Assembly: GCA_964483785.1 (NCBI GenBank) | Contig: CAZACW010000007.1 | Location: forward strand, 375-64,374 | Origin: an uncultured Planctomycetales bacterium | Lineage (GTDB): Bacteria > Omnitrophota > Gorgyraeia > Zapsychrales > Fredricksoniimonadaceae | Reading direction: 5' to 3' | DNA: 64,000 bases | Shown: in pieces, positions 1 to 10,089 of the stretch | Position numbering within the stretch: the stretch's first letter is position 1 | How the letters are laid out: the number at the start of each line of letters is the position of its first letter | Made by a program: the position numbers and the translations under genes | Notes under the pieces: model-generated | The model's database searches: none | The model's input: only the letters and a program-made list of their open reading frames with translations | Told to the model about the DNA's origin: nothing

Positions 1-3000
1 GGTCCGGTGTCAATCTCCCTTGACGTCTCAGCCACAATTGTTTTTCATTCCAATTGTGCAAGGGCTGATAAACCCCTACATAGGTGTTATTTCGAGTGAT
101 GCTGACCATCGCCTGGTCTGCGCTTTCTTCAATGGATTGCTCATCTGTACGGTATTCTTGCCTGAAACTTCTCAATAATCTCCGATGCCCTCCTAATGGC
201 ACTAGAAATCTATTGTAAAACCACATGATCCTGGAGAATAAAATCACAAATGTAAAGATCCCGATGCCCAAATAGGTGCCCAATGCAAAAAGAGGAATCC
301 TGGGAAAATACAGCCCTTGATATCCGATATCGATATCATATGCAAAATGCCTCATTTCGGAGGAAAATCTCTCAATCATCTCCGCATAGCTGTGGGGTAT
401 TTCCCAGTCGAATACAACTTGATTGAACATCCGGGTCACCATTTCCTGCCAACCCTCGCGCGGCACATTTTGGCGGATTTCTGCCACTGTACGCTGCATC
501 ATAAGGGGGTCAATGGTTGTGTTCACGATATCCATGATTTGAGGCAGATCTAATTCTTCATCATGGTACCTGCCTTCACGCGCTGTAATGGGCGATTGGC
601 GGAATTCCTGGCTGGCAAAAATCTCTTGGGCCGCCCATCGGTATCCGATCCTTTCCATCTGTGCCCTAACGCGCAGATCCCCATCCGGACGCGGGTCCTT
701 GTACCGGGATAATTCGGAAGCGCTCATGGTCTCCAGGACCACGTCCATCAAGGGCGCGACTTTTTTGAGCTGATCTGGATTTTCTTTGGGATTTTGGGCA
801 TGCCGATTATACACCATCGTAAGAGATTCGCGCAGCACCCTTTTCCAGGCCGCGTCGTTGCGGTGGGCATCATTCCAAAGATCATAGATGTCCAGTTTGG
901 ATTCAATCAGGTCCTGAAAATCATCGTCCGCGTATCGATAAGCGCTTAATAGCTTCAGACGAAATGCCGGGTCCTTCATATTTTCCTCCAAGGTATTTCC
1001 AGGGACATATTTTAAATATTTCAACAACCGCACCACTTCCGATGGACCTGACCTTGCAATATAGCCTGCTTTTTCCGGAGCTTCGTTCATTTCATAATAA
1101 ATAATGGATGCGCCTTCCATGCTTGGAAGCCTGGAGAGATCATCGATAGGTTCCCCTTGAATGGCAGTTCCTGGAGGGACCCTGGCGATAAAATTCGAGG
1201 TGCGCGGAAGGGATCTTCCCAATAAGGTCGGGTCCTTAAACTCTGGAGCCTCCCAATTGGGTGAAGTCTCCAAAAAGCCTTTGGCATCCTCTCCCCAGCC
1301 GGTCAAACGTTCGCGGTTGCGCTCTTCAAATGGAAAAATCCAAAGCAAGTTTGGATTAAAGGGCCCCTTGTGCCAAATTTCGGGGACCAAATCAAGCTCA
1401 ATGGACCTTTCCACCTGACTGCGTTCCGTGTTCATCAAATTTTCGATTCTCTGCCCTTGAGGGACCGGCTTTTGGTCGTTCTGCAACGTAAATACATAGG
1501 TATTAAGTGCATTTAAATCCTGAGCCCATAAGATCGGCGACATAAAAGGCTGTTGAGGCGAGCGGTCAGGGGAAAAAGGAGGCGGCAAACTGTTCTGTAG
1601 AAACCGGTCCATGTGAATGGTCCCCAGTCTCCAGGCTGTCTCGGTCCTGATAACGCGCCTGACAGCCTCAGGCGTGACCATGGGATAAGGTGAATTGGCG
1701 TTGGGGACAAAACTCAAGATGGATTTGCCCTTAAAAATATCCGGATGGTCCATGAGGATATCCTCAATATAAAGATAGACCAAGGCGGTCAAATCCAACA
1801 GCCTGTCCTTGTCATTCACCAGCTCCAGCTTGGCTTCTTCATTGATTTCGATCAAAAAATGGAGGTTCGGCTTATCCCCCCAGGCCATCCGCCGAAAAAT
1901 TTCCTGCACAACATCCACCTTGCTGGAATGAAAGGTGATGTATTTTAAGGCGCTGATAAAACGCGGATCATTGGAAAATTCAGCATAAATGCTGTCTAAG
2001 GCCGCTATTCTCGCCTGCAAGGTTTCCCCTTCAATGGCCTGTCTCCGGTAATTCTCCAACATATTTTGCTGGCCCTCTCTCTGCTGGGTGGCCCATTGCT
2101 GTTGGGCGCTGTTGGGTACGCCTTGGCCCCAGAACGTCGACGGTAAGATGGACAAAGAGATGAAAATGACCCCTGCCATGGACAAGATCCTTTTCCTTAA
2201 ATGTGATAATTGGGCCTTGTCTGTGCGTTCCTGCAGCATGTTTGCGTTTCTGACGGGGTAGGTAGGCGGATCTAATAAGTACAAATAAACCAAGTCTTCC
2301 CTGGCCTTGGCCCTTAATTCAGCCACCTTCTTGGCCTTTTCCGTGATTTTAAGCCGATAAGAGGCCAAGTCTGCGGCCACGTCGCGATGTCCGGCCAAGA
2401 TCAAGGCATTTTGAGCATGGGCCAATTCCTGTTCTGCCTTAGGAATTTGATCCCTGACTAATGAATTATATTCATCTATGGTATCTCCAGCTTCTTGGGC
2501 GATGGCGATCCTTGTCCTTTCGATATCATCCAAGGAAGCCTGCGCATCTAAGGCCAATACCTTGCGTTTAATCCTGGCTGTGCCGTCATAAATGGGTAAT
2601 TCTCCGCTTAAGACCCCGAAAATTTTATGGATCACCGAACTGATGGATGTGGCGCCCGGGATGATATTATATTGCGCATTAGACAGATCCGCTGTGCCCA
2701 GCAATCCTGTGCCGTTTAATTTTGGATAAAACTCCAATCCTTGGATCCTGATGTCTCTTTCGACACCCCTTTGCGCAGTTAAGACCGACTGTAATCTGGT
2801 ATTAAGGCTTTGGGCACTCAAAATTTTAGCAATGAACGCTTGTTTGTCATTTCCCGCTATCGGTACCATTCTCTGGCTTAAATTGACAGTGGACAAAAGG
2901 GGGTTTTCCAAATGTTCCCATCCCTTGCCGGTCAAGTCATTGATCGGACGCATCAATTTTTGGGCCAGCGTTTCCAATCTGGCAATTTCACCGTCCACAT

Positions 3001-6000
3001 TATCAATATTGCCTTGAGATTGCTCTATTTGAAGGGTCGGGGTCGAGGTTAACCTGCCCTTCATCTGCGCCAAGGCCTTTTCCAAGTCTATCTTTAAACC
3101 CCTGGACAACAAAATCTCATCCTGCACTGCGGCCAATTCAATCAAGAACCTGTTGGTTTCATAACTTTGCTTGAGCAAGGCTGTGACCCAATCATAGTAT
3201 TTCACCTTGGTGGTGGTGGCATTGCTGTCGACCTTTTGGTCAACTTCACCATCCAATGCGCTGATCAAATTCCCTGTGGCCTGCACAGCGGCAGGGATGC
3301 TGGAACCGAGACTGCTTCCTCTGGTCACAGCCAGGTTAAAACCGCCATAACTGCCACTGATCCCGTAATTAAATTTACCATTAGAACTTATGCCGCCAAA
3401 AAGACTGACGGTCACGGCCGCCGGCAGGCCTTCCGAAGCAGCAGCCTTAAACATATCCACTTCTGTCCTGCCGCCGTTTAGCCGATAGGCAAGCACCGCA
3501 TCCGTCGCTGCTTCAGGAGAGAGCCGAAATCCTTGGAAAGAATTAGGGGCCCGAAGTGTAATGCGGATCGGCGGATTTTGTAAAATTGGAAAGGCCTGGT
3601 TGGCTGGCTGAGCCGTCGGGCTGCCAGCTGGCGACGGCAGGGTTGCTGCAGCCAGGGTTGCCGCTCGGGCCCCGCCTCCTGGGGGCCTTCCTCCGGCTCT
3701 TCTTGGCGGTGTAAGGGGTGGAGCCGGGGGTGGCGGAGGCGCTGCGTTATCTAGGTAAGGAACAGCTCTTTGAGCAATATGTTTGCGTTGGGATGGCGGC
3801 ACATACCCGGGTTGGGATTTAATGGCCCTCTGGACTTCAGGGGTTAAAAGAAACACACCAAACCCCCAATCCTTGCGCAGAATATGCTGAGGGTCATAGA
3901 CCATGACAACCAAGGATTGTTCGCTGGACATAACCGTCTTGGAATGCTGGGCAGGCCTGTGATCAATCACCTCCCCCAACAACGGGACCCCATCCAAGGT
4001 TTTGACCACCACCAGATCGCCGTTTTCAATGTTTCTGCGGATATCGGCAAAAATGTGGTATTTATCATCAATACCGACATCATTGGTCCCTAATTCAACG
4101 ACATCCGGCGCATAGGTGAAAAGAATGCCCCCCATTTGGATATTGTCTGACTCATCTTCCCCCGTTGAAAGGACGCGCAAATCTTCAGGGGCAAAGGTAT
4201 CCGCGGAACGGATCAATTCTTCCAGCATTTCCTTTTGCGCTAAAAATTCTCTTTCCCGGCTGTCTAATTCCAGCATTTCCGGGACCTCGGAATAGACAAT
4301 GCTGCCTTGCGGGGCCATCACAGCCTTTCTTTGCCTGACATCGATCAAGGCAGCCTTTACGGCAGCCAATTGGTCTTCGTAGGGCTTGGTCTCAACATGG
4401 GACATCCTCTGCCCGGCTTTGACAAAATCGCCTTGCTTGACAAAGTAGGTCACCTTGCCCGGAACCATCGCTGTAATGGGAAACTTAAACGTTCCAAGGA
4501 CCAGGCCCGTTATGCGCGGGATCCCGTCAATCCCTGAAAAATTCAACGCATCCCGGCGGTCCGGCGGGCGGACTTCCATAGACAGTCCCACTGGATCACC
4601 CAGCCTGATCGGCGAACGCTCAGGAAGCGTGATATGAAGACGAAGGAAATTTTTTCGATGTTCCAGGTCTCCGACCGTTTGTTCACGCAGGATAGGGTCA
4701 AAATAACTTTTAACATCGACCTGGTTTTGCCGGTTTTGATCATCCAGGGTCAAATTCAGATTACCGAAATACGTGATGCCCCGAGGTATTTCCAATTCAA
4801 CGCTAAACCGATCACTGGTGGGATGATAGCGGACAACGTGCCTTTCAGCATTGTGGTCTGTGTCTGACCTTTGCAAATCCTTGTCCGTGATATAGACCCC
4901 ATCATTAAGTCCGCCCCAGGATTCAATGTCCAAATCATACGGGGCCCTGACCACCCCTAACTCGGCTTCGATCTTTTTTTCAGCCAGTTCGCGGGACAAT
5001 TTTTGAAAATTCTCCCTGTATTGGGTCAATTTTTCCGCGGATAGGCTTTGGTTTCTAAAATCCACCTCCGCCTTTCTCCAGGCCTGCCTGGCCTCTTCGG
5101 TCCGGCCTTCCAGGATTTTGATTTGACGCCTCACCTCAAAATTATTGATCCTGAAAATAACTGAATTCTTTGCGTAGTGCATGATTTCAGGATGCAAATC
5201 ATAGACCTGGCCAGTCAGTCTGGGTAAAATTTGCAAAGTTAATTGAGTCAAGGTCCGGTGATCGGGGATATCAATATGTTGAGAACCCGCTTCAGGAGGA
5301 CCTCCAGCAACCAAGGTCACCGATGATCCTTCGTTGGGAATGGTCCTGCCGAATACGGCGGGTTGTAAAGCTTGGGCGTTGCCATCTCTGCGCTGGGTTA
5401 ACCATGGCGCTGCAGGCCGTCCGGGTTCCATCCCCATAGGAGGAATAACAATGGCGGCTCGGGCAGATCCTACTAAGCTGGGACCATCGCCGTTAGGCGG
5501 AGGCGGTTCTGGCATAGGTCTTGGTTCTTCAGGTGCTGGTATAAATTGTACATTGGGTGCATCGCCTGCAACGTTCAAGGACCCTGGACCTGGATTATCT
5601 CCCCTGGGTGAGGCTACAGGGGTGGGGGCATTTCTTGGTTTGTCTGTTGGTGTTGTTTGTGTAGTGCGTAGATCGCCTTGATCAGTCCTTGGCTCAATAG
5701 GTGCAGGTGGAGGCGGCGGTGGCGGGGCCGCCACTGTGGCAGTCCTTGCCCTATTCCTTTGATCTGCGAGCCGCTGTTGCCGCTCAGCCTGGGCCTTTTT
5801 TCTTTGATCAGCGAGCTGCCGTTGTCGCTCAGCCTGGGCCTTTCTGGTTTCTTCCGCTTTCCTCAGTCGTTCAGCTCTAGCGGCTGCTGCTTGAGCAATT
5901 TCTGCATCCTGCTTTGCCTTCCTTGCGATCTCTGCTTCCCTGGCAATTCTCTGTCGTTCGAGGGCTTGCGCACGCTGATCTCTCAAGGCATCAGCAGCCA

Positions 6001-7993
6001 ACTGGGCCCTCCTTGTTCTCTCTAACCGGGCATCGTCAGCGGCTTTGTCTGCCGCTCGTTGCGCGGTCAATCTTGCTTCTCTCATAATTTGAGCATGCTG
6101 GAGCATGGCTGTTGTGCGCACAGCTTCAAACGCATCAGCCCTTGCCTGGGCTGCAGCTGTATCAGCAGCTATTTGTGGCGCAGGTAGAGCAGCTGGGGCC
6201 GCCGGCGCAGCAGGCAAATCGGCAACTGGAGGGGCCTGTGACGCGGGTGGCGGAGGAGGCACAGGGACAGGCTCAGGCGGTGGCGGAACTGGTCCTCTGG
6301 CTATTGGTGGAGATCCACCTGGCACAACTACTTGACGGGGTGGCTCCTCTCGAGGAGGAGGAGCCGCGGCCAGTGGCGACCGAAGTACTGCCTCCCCTAC
6401 CAAAAATGCGATCGCTTTTTGATCTGATACAAGCGCGGTAATATTCATACGCCTATTTTCCAAAATAGGCGTATTACGAGTAACATTAAGTTGGGCTAAA
6501 TAACTGGGAAGCTTTTGATACAATTCTTGCCTGCGATTAACATTAGATAGCTCCGGGTTCTGTGCATTCATTATGTCCAGAACGATTTGACTCAAGGTGC
6601 TGCCTTGTCTAGGTGTGGCAAATACTTGGCCGCCAGTGGCGCTATAGTGTGTAATTGTATGTTGAGGGACTGCTTGAGCAAAGGTAGTTCCATGCGCTAC
6701 TGCGATTAAAGGTATGGCCAAGGCAACGGCCACGGCAAATTTGCCGGACAAGGATTTAAGAAGTGCGGGAGATAAAGGCAATTGGGCCGCGTCCGGCCGC
6801 AGGACCGGATTATTCATCAGCTGGGCCATGTCTCCCCCGATGGGCAAAAGCTCGACCTTGGCCACCCCGTAATCATGCGCTGCGGACAATTGGGCCGCGT
6901 CCAATTTGCCCCTGATGGCATCGAAGCTCGGCACCTGCAGGGTCTTCATGGCCAGGTCCGTTTTGCCGAAATTCAAACCACCGGAAAAATATTTCCGGGG
7001 CACCACCTGCTGGGTCAAGGGGTCCACGTCCTCGCGGATATAATTGTACGCGCCTACCTTATAAATACGCAGGTACTGCTTGTAAATGGCGTCCTTGGCG
7101 CCCTTGTCCACGTCGTCGATGCCGGCGATCTTTCTCTTATCTACATAAAAATTATTTAAAACGTTTCTTTTTAATGCGCGCTTAAACCAGGCCGCTAATA
7201 TGAGAGAATGGAAAACCTGGCGCACCTTGGCAAAGTTCTTGCCCTCATTCACTTCCTTTTCCAATTGCGGAAGGATCAAGTCCCGGGTTATGCCGGCGCT
7301 GATTTGATGGGCAATGCTTGCCGCCTCACCTTTTGGGGCCGTATGGTTTTTCGTGGCCAGATAATCTTCTTCCAGCATCACCTTTAAATGGGTCTCGCCG
7401 ATCAAGGCGGAATTGCCCATGTCATAAACAATGGCCTTGTCCGGCACAATCCAGACCTTGTTGTAGGTATTCACCGGCAGGTTGGTCGTGCCGAATTTGG
7501 CATAGGCCCTTTTGTAGACCTGGTCCCAGAATTTTTTACCCAATTCCGATTCAGGATAGGTCAGGGACGAGGCCAGTTGCTTTAAAAACTTGTCCTGGCG
7601 CAGTAAATCGTTGCCGGCATCGGTGAGCGCAAGCTCATCCGGGATGATGCGCCCGGATTCATACGGGGAAAGATTGACCCAGAGGTCTTCTTCGGGGATG
7701 GTGAGGCAGGTCAGAAAATACTTGATGAGGATGGAGGTCTCTTTCTGGTCAATGGCAAGGTGGCTGCCGGAATCGACCACAAAGTCAAACTCGAAAGGCT
7801 TGGCCGGGTACACGCGCATGCCGCGCAAAACAGGCAGGGAATAGGGCGTGGAAAGGTCTACGAAGTAATGGCCTGCGGGGAAAAACGGGGTGGGCTGGGC
7901 TTGGACGCTTTCCAGGCTGGTTTGAACCAAAAGAAAAGAAAGCAAACAGCAAATGGTCCGAAAAAACCTGGATTTTTTTATAACTATAGCCAT
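1..7993 (-). CDS. Giant secreted/envelope mosaic protein, 5' partial in window (ORF continues beyond position 1; at least ~2660 codons). Signal peptide; N-domain paralogous to ORF 31545..34103; TolA-like charged coiled coil; Pro-rich linkers; HlyD-like and TolC-like segments; C-terminal TM helices
   Basis: Not in the ORF track because there is no stop within the window. ATG at 7993-7991 follows an in-frame stop at 8003-8005. A manual scan of every + strand TTA/CTA/TCA at codon phase (pos mod 3 = 2) across 2..7990 found none, while the other two minus frames have stops in nearly every 60-nt line. The translation is protein-like throughout (MAIVIKKSRFFRTICCLLSFLLVQTSLESVQA...; ...KFGTTNLPVNTYNKVWIVPDKAIVY... 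closely matches the 852-aa ORF N-terminus). Confidence 0.75.
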   Translation of the reverse strand, partial: MAIVIKKSRFFRTICCLLSFLLVQTSLESVQAQPTPFFPAGHYFVDLSTPYSLPVLRGMRVYPAKPFEFDFVVDSGSHLAIDQKETSILIKYFLTCLTIPEEDLWVNLSPYESGRIIPDELALTDAGNDLLRQDKFLKQLASSLTYPESELGKKFWDQVYKRAYAKFGTTNLPVNTYNKVWIVPDKAIVYDMGNSALIGETHLKVMLEEDYLATKNHTAPKGEAASIAHQISAGITRDLILPQLEKEVNEGKNFAKVRQVFHSLILAAWFKRALKRNVLNNFYVDKRKIAGIDDVDKGAKDAIYKQYLRIYKVGAYNYIREDVDPLTQQVVPRKYFSGGLNFGKTDLAMKTLQVPSFDAIRGKLDAAQLSAAHDYGVAKVELLPIGGDMAQLMNNPVLRPDAAQLPLSPALLKSLSGKFAVAVALAIPLIAVAHGTTFAQAVPQHTITHYSATGGQVFATPRQGSTLSQIVLDIMNAQNPELSNVNRRQELYQKLPSYLAQLNVTRNTPILENRRMNITALVSDQKAIAFLVGEAVLRSPLAAAPPPREEPPRQVVVPGGSPPIARGPVPPPPEPVPVPPPPPASQAPPVADLPAAPAAPAALPAPQIAADTAAAQARADAFEAVRTTAMLQHAQIMREARLTAQRAADKAADDARLERTRRAQLAADALRDQRAQALERQRIAREAEIARKAKQDAEIAQAAAARAERLRKAEETRKAQAERQRQLADQRKKAQAERQQRLADQRNRARTATVAAPPPPPPPAPIEPRTDQGDLRTTQTTPTDKPRNAPTPVASPRGDNPGPGSLNVAGDAPNVQFIPAPEEPRPMPEPPPPNGDGPSLVGSARAAIVIPPMGMEPGRPAAPWLTQRRDGNAQALQPAVFGRTIPNEGSSVTLVAGGPPEAGSQHIDIPDHRTLTQLTLQILPRLTGQVYDLHPEIMHYAKNSVIFRINNFEVRRQIKILEGRTEEARQAWRKAEVDFRNQSLSAEKLTQYRENFQKLSRELAEKKIEAELGVVRAPYDLDIESWGGLNDGVYITDKDLQRSDTDHNAERHVVRYHPTSDRFSVELEIPRGITYFGNLNLTLDDQNRQNQVDVKSYFDPILREQTVGDLEHRKNFLRLHITLPERSPIRLGDPVGLSMEVRPPDRRDALNFSGIDGIPRITGLVLGTFKFPITAMVPGKVTYFVKQGDFVKAGQRMSHVETKPYEDQLAAVKAALIDVRQRKAVMAPQGSIVYSEVPEMLELDSREREFLAQKEMLEELIRSADTFAPEDLRVLSTGEDESDNIQMGGILFTYAPDVVELGTNDVGIDDKYHIFADIRRNIENGDLVVVKTLDGVPLLGEVIDHRPAQHSKTVMSSEQSLVVMVYDPQHILRKDWGFGVFLLTPEVQRAIKSQPGYVPPSQRKHIAQRAVPYLDNAAPPPPPAPPLTPPRRAGGRPPGGGARAATLAAATLPSPAGSPTAQPANQAFPILQNPPIRITLRAPNSFQGFRLSPEAATDAVLAYRLNGGRTEVDMFKAAASEGLPAAVTVSLFGGISSNGKFNYGISGSYGGFNLAVTRGSSLGSSIPAAVQATGNLISALDGEVDQKVDSNATTTKVKYYDWVTALLKQSYETNRFLIELAAVQDEILLSRGLKIDLEKALAQMKGRLTSTPTLQIEQSQGNIDNVDGEIARLETLAQKLMRPINDLTGKGWEHLENPLLSTVNLSQRMVPIAGNDKQAFIAKILSAQSLNTRLQSVLTAQRGVERDIRIQGLEFYPKLNGTGLLGTADLSNAQYNIIPGATSISSVIHKIFGVLSGELPIYDGTARIKRKVLALDAQASLDDIERTRIAIAQEAGDTIDEYNSLVRDQIPKAEQELAHAQNALILAGHRDVAADLASYRLKITEKAKKVAELRAKAREDLVYLYLLDPPTYPVRNANMLQERTDKAQLSHLRKRILSMAGVIFISLSILPSTFWGQGVPNSAQQQWATQQREGQQNMLENYRRQAIEGETLQARIAALDSIYAEFSNDPRFISALKYITFHSSKVDVVQEIFRRMAWGDKPNLHFLIEINEEAKLELVNDKDRLLDLTALVYLYIEDILMDHPDIFKGKSILSFVPNANSPYPMVTPEAVRRVIRTETAWRLGTIHMDRFLQNSLPPPFSPDRSPQQPFMSPILWAQDLNALNTYVFTLQNDQKPVPQGQRIENLMNTERSQVERSIELDLVPEIWHKGPFNPNLLWIFPFEERNRERLTGWGEDAKGFLETSPNWEAPEFKDPTLLGRSLPRTSNFIARVPPGTAIQGEPIDDLSRLPSMEGASIIYYEMNEAPEKAGYIARSGPSEVVRLLKYLKYVPGNTLEENMKDPAFRLKLLSAYRYADDDFQDLIESKLDIYDLWNDAHRNDAAWKRVLRESLTMVYNRHAQNPKENPDQLKKVAPLMDVVLETMSASELSRYKDPRPDGDLRVRAQMERIGYRWAAQEIFASQEFRQSPITAREGRYHDEELDLPQIMDIVNTTIDPLMMQRTVAEIRQNVPREGWQEMVTRMFNQVVFDWEIPHSYAEMIERFSSEMRHFAYDIDIGYQGLYFPRIPLFALGTYLGIGIFTFVILFSRIMWFYNRFLVPLGGHRRLLRSFRQEYRTDEQSIEESADQAMVSITRNNTYVGVYQPLHNWNEKQLWLRRQGRLTPD
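5758..5846 (-). repeat. Two tandem ~45-bp direct repeats inside the giant ORF, encoding a repeated charged heptad-like segment (KAQAERQ[RQ]QLADQR)
   Basis: tttgatctgcgagccgctgttgccgctcagcctgggcctttttt followed by tttgatcagcgagctgccgttgtcgctcagcctgggcctttct, read directly from the sequence. Confidence 0.7.
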
Positions 7994-8150
7994 GGCTGGA
8001 ACTTATTGCGTTTGTTTGGGTTTGATCCTTAGTATAGAGAATGGATGTTAAAACCGTGTTAGGGAGCAGTTAATCTTATATAAATACAATGGCTCTATAT
8101 AATATCGCGTAACCCGTTGGCTTGGAATAAGTTATCGGAATTTGACTGGG

Positions 8151-8179
8151 ACCATCACAACCCCCGGGGTTGTGATGGT
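8151..8179. repeat. PR1 palindrome copy 1 (ACCATCACAACCCCCGGGGTTGTGATGGT), in the intergenic gap between the apbC stop and the giant ORF start
   Basis: Perfect 29-nt palindrome seen in the sequence; it is a member of a 7-copy family. Confidence 0.9.
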
Positions 8180-8181
8180 TA

Positions 8182-9222
8182 TTAAGACTTGAACAAGCTG
8201 TAAGGGTAGATGCCTGAAGCATGGCCATCACTCCAGGTAATGCCTACGGCATAATTGCCTAAAGGAAGGATTTCCGTGGGGTTGATGTCCGGAGGGATTT
8301 TCTTGGGGTCCAGCAGGCGCTGGCCCGTGGTTTCCGAAATGCACAAGGCGCAGGCGCAGTTGGCCCGCAGATCAAAGGCTTTGGCAGACAATTCGCGGCC
8401 GTCATCAAAAACCAGCACCACCCTGCCATCGCGATAGCCGGCATCCTTAAGAAAGGATTGATGTATTTGGGCCTGTTTGATGGCTTGTAAAAGCCCCTCT
8501 GCCGCTTTTTGAATATAAGGATTTGAAGGAGGCTGTTCCCCGCTTTTTAAGGGGGCTGTTCCCTTTAACTGAGACAAGTCTTCCTGGATTGGGATCTCCG
8601 CCAGGGTCTTGACGCCGAAGCGCGCGGACAAGGCCCCGGTCTTGGGCTGGCCGAAAACATAATATTTTTGACCGGTGTCCGGCGCTTGAAAATACGCCAT
8701 GTTTTCAATGACCCCTAAAATCGGGACATTGACCTTTTCAAACATCAGGATGCCGCGGGCCGTGTCTGCCAGGGAAAGGCCGTGGGGTGTGGTCACGATC
8801 ACGGCGCCGGCGAGTTTCACCGACTGCGTGATGGTCAACTGCACATCGCCGGTGCCGGGCGGCATGTCGATGATCAAAAAATCCGCCCCGCCCCAGCCGG
8901 TCGGAAACAAAAGCTGCGGCAAATACCGCGGGACAATGGGCCCGGGAATCACCGCCGGAGCATCGCCCAAAAGATAGCCGAAGGACATCAATTTCAGCCC
9001 CTGGCTTTCCAGGGGCGTCAACATTTTGAATTCATTGGCCTGCACGCGGGCCTGGGGCATGGGAAAAAGCAGGGGCATGGAAGGCCCGTAAATGTCCGCG
9101 TCAAGCAAACCGGTCTTGAATTTGCGGCGCACCAGCTCCAGGCCCAGGGCCGCGGCAACAGTGGATTTGCCCACCCCGCCCTTGCAGGAAGAGACCGCGA
9201 TCACGGATTTGATATTTTTCAT
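8182..9222 (-). CDS. apbC: Mrp/ApbC/NBP35 Fe-S cluster carrier ATPase with a C-terminal DUF971-like extension
   Basis: P-loop [10 protein letters not shown] and the ParA/Mrp family fold; the C-terminal ~90 aa ([36 protein letters not shown]...) resemble DUF971. Confidence 0.8.
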   Translation of the reverse strand: MKNIKSVIAVSSCKGGVGKSTVAAALGLELVRRKFKTGLLDADIYGPSMPLLFPMPQARVQANEFKMLTPLESQGLKLMSFGYLLGDAPAVIPGPIVPRYLPQLLFPTGWGGADFLIIDMPPGTGDVQLTITQSVKLAGAVIVTTPHGLSLADTARGILMFEKVNVPILGVIENMAYFQAPDTGQKYYVFGQPKTGALSARFGVKTLAEIPIQEDLSQLKGTAPLKSGEQPPSNPYIQKAAEGLLQAIKQAQIHQSFLKDAGYRDGRVVLVFDDGRELSAKAFDLRANCACALCISETTGQRLLDPKKIPPDINPTEILPLGNYAVGITWSDGHASGIYPYSLFKS

Positions 9223-10088
9223 TTTAAGGCAGCGGCCAGGGCCTGAGGGATTTCGTCGGGAAAGTCGATGACCATGACCCCGGCGTCGCGCAGCATCTGC
9301 ATCTTGGCTTCGGCGGTGGAATCTCCGGACGAGATGATGGCGCCGGCATGGCCCATGCGCTTGCCGACCGGCGCAGTGCGCCCGGCGATAAAGGAGACCA
9401 CGGGTTTGGTGACGTGCTGTTGGATGAACTCCGCGGCCAATTGCTCGTCCCCGCCGCCGATTTCGCCGACCATGACAATGGCGCGGGTGCCGGGATCTTC
9501 CTGAAACATTTTTAGGGCATCTGTAAACCGGGTGCCGATAATGGGGTCACCGCCCAGCCCCACACAGCTGGACTGGCCCATATCATGGGCCGAGAGATTA
9601 AAGACCACCTCGTAAGTGAGGGTGCCGGAGCGGGAGATGACGCCGATATCGCCGGGTTTATGGATATGCCCTGGCATAATGCCCACCTTGGACTTGCCCG
9701 GAGAGATCAGCCCCGGGCAATTGGGCCCGATCAGGCGGCAGGGGCTGTCCTTCAAAGCTTTTTTGACTTCCACCATGTCCAAAACCGGAATGCCCTCGGT
9801 GATGCAGACGATCAAGGGAATGCCGCTGGCAATGTCCTCCAGCATGGCGTCCTTGGCGAATTTGGCCGGGACATAGATCACCGCGGTGTTACAGCCTGTC
9901 TTGTCCCTGGCTTCCTTGACTGTATTAAAGACCGGGATCCCCTCGACATTCTGCCCGCCTTTGCCGGGCGTCACTCCACCTGCGACCTTGGTGCCGTACT
10001 CCTTCATCTGCTTGGCATGGAAGGAGCCGTCGCGGCCGGTAATGCCCTGGACAATCACCTTGGTGTTTAAATCGATTAAGATAGACAT
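9219..10088 (-). CDS. sucD: Succinyl-CoA synthetase alpha subunit
   Basis: CoA-binding and CoA-ligase motifs; the active-site His region [18 protein letters not shown] is present. Confidence 0.9.
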   Translation of the reverse strand: MSILIDLNTKVIVQGITGRDGSFHAKQMKEYGTKVAGGVTPGKGGQNVEGIPVFNTVKEARDKTGCNTAVIYVPAKFAKDAMLEDIASGIPLIVCITEGIPVLDMVEVKKALKDSPCRLIGPNCPGLISPGKSKVGIMPGHIHKPGDIGVISRSGTLTYEVVFNLSAHDMGQSSCVGLGGDPIIGTRFTDALKMFQEDPGTRAIVMVGEIGGGDEQLAAEFIQQHVTKPVVSFIAGRTAPVGKRMGHAGAIISSGDSTAEAKMQMLRDAGVMVIDFPDEIPQALAAALK

Positions 10089-10089
10089 G

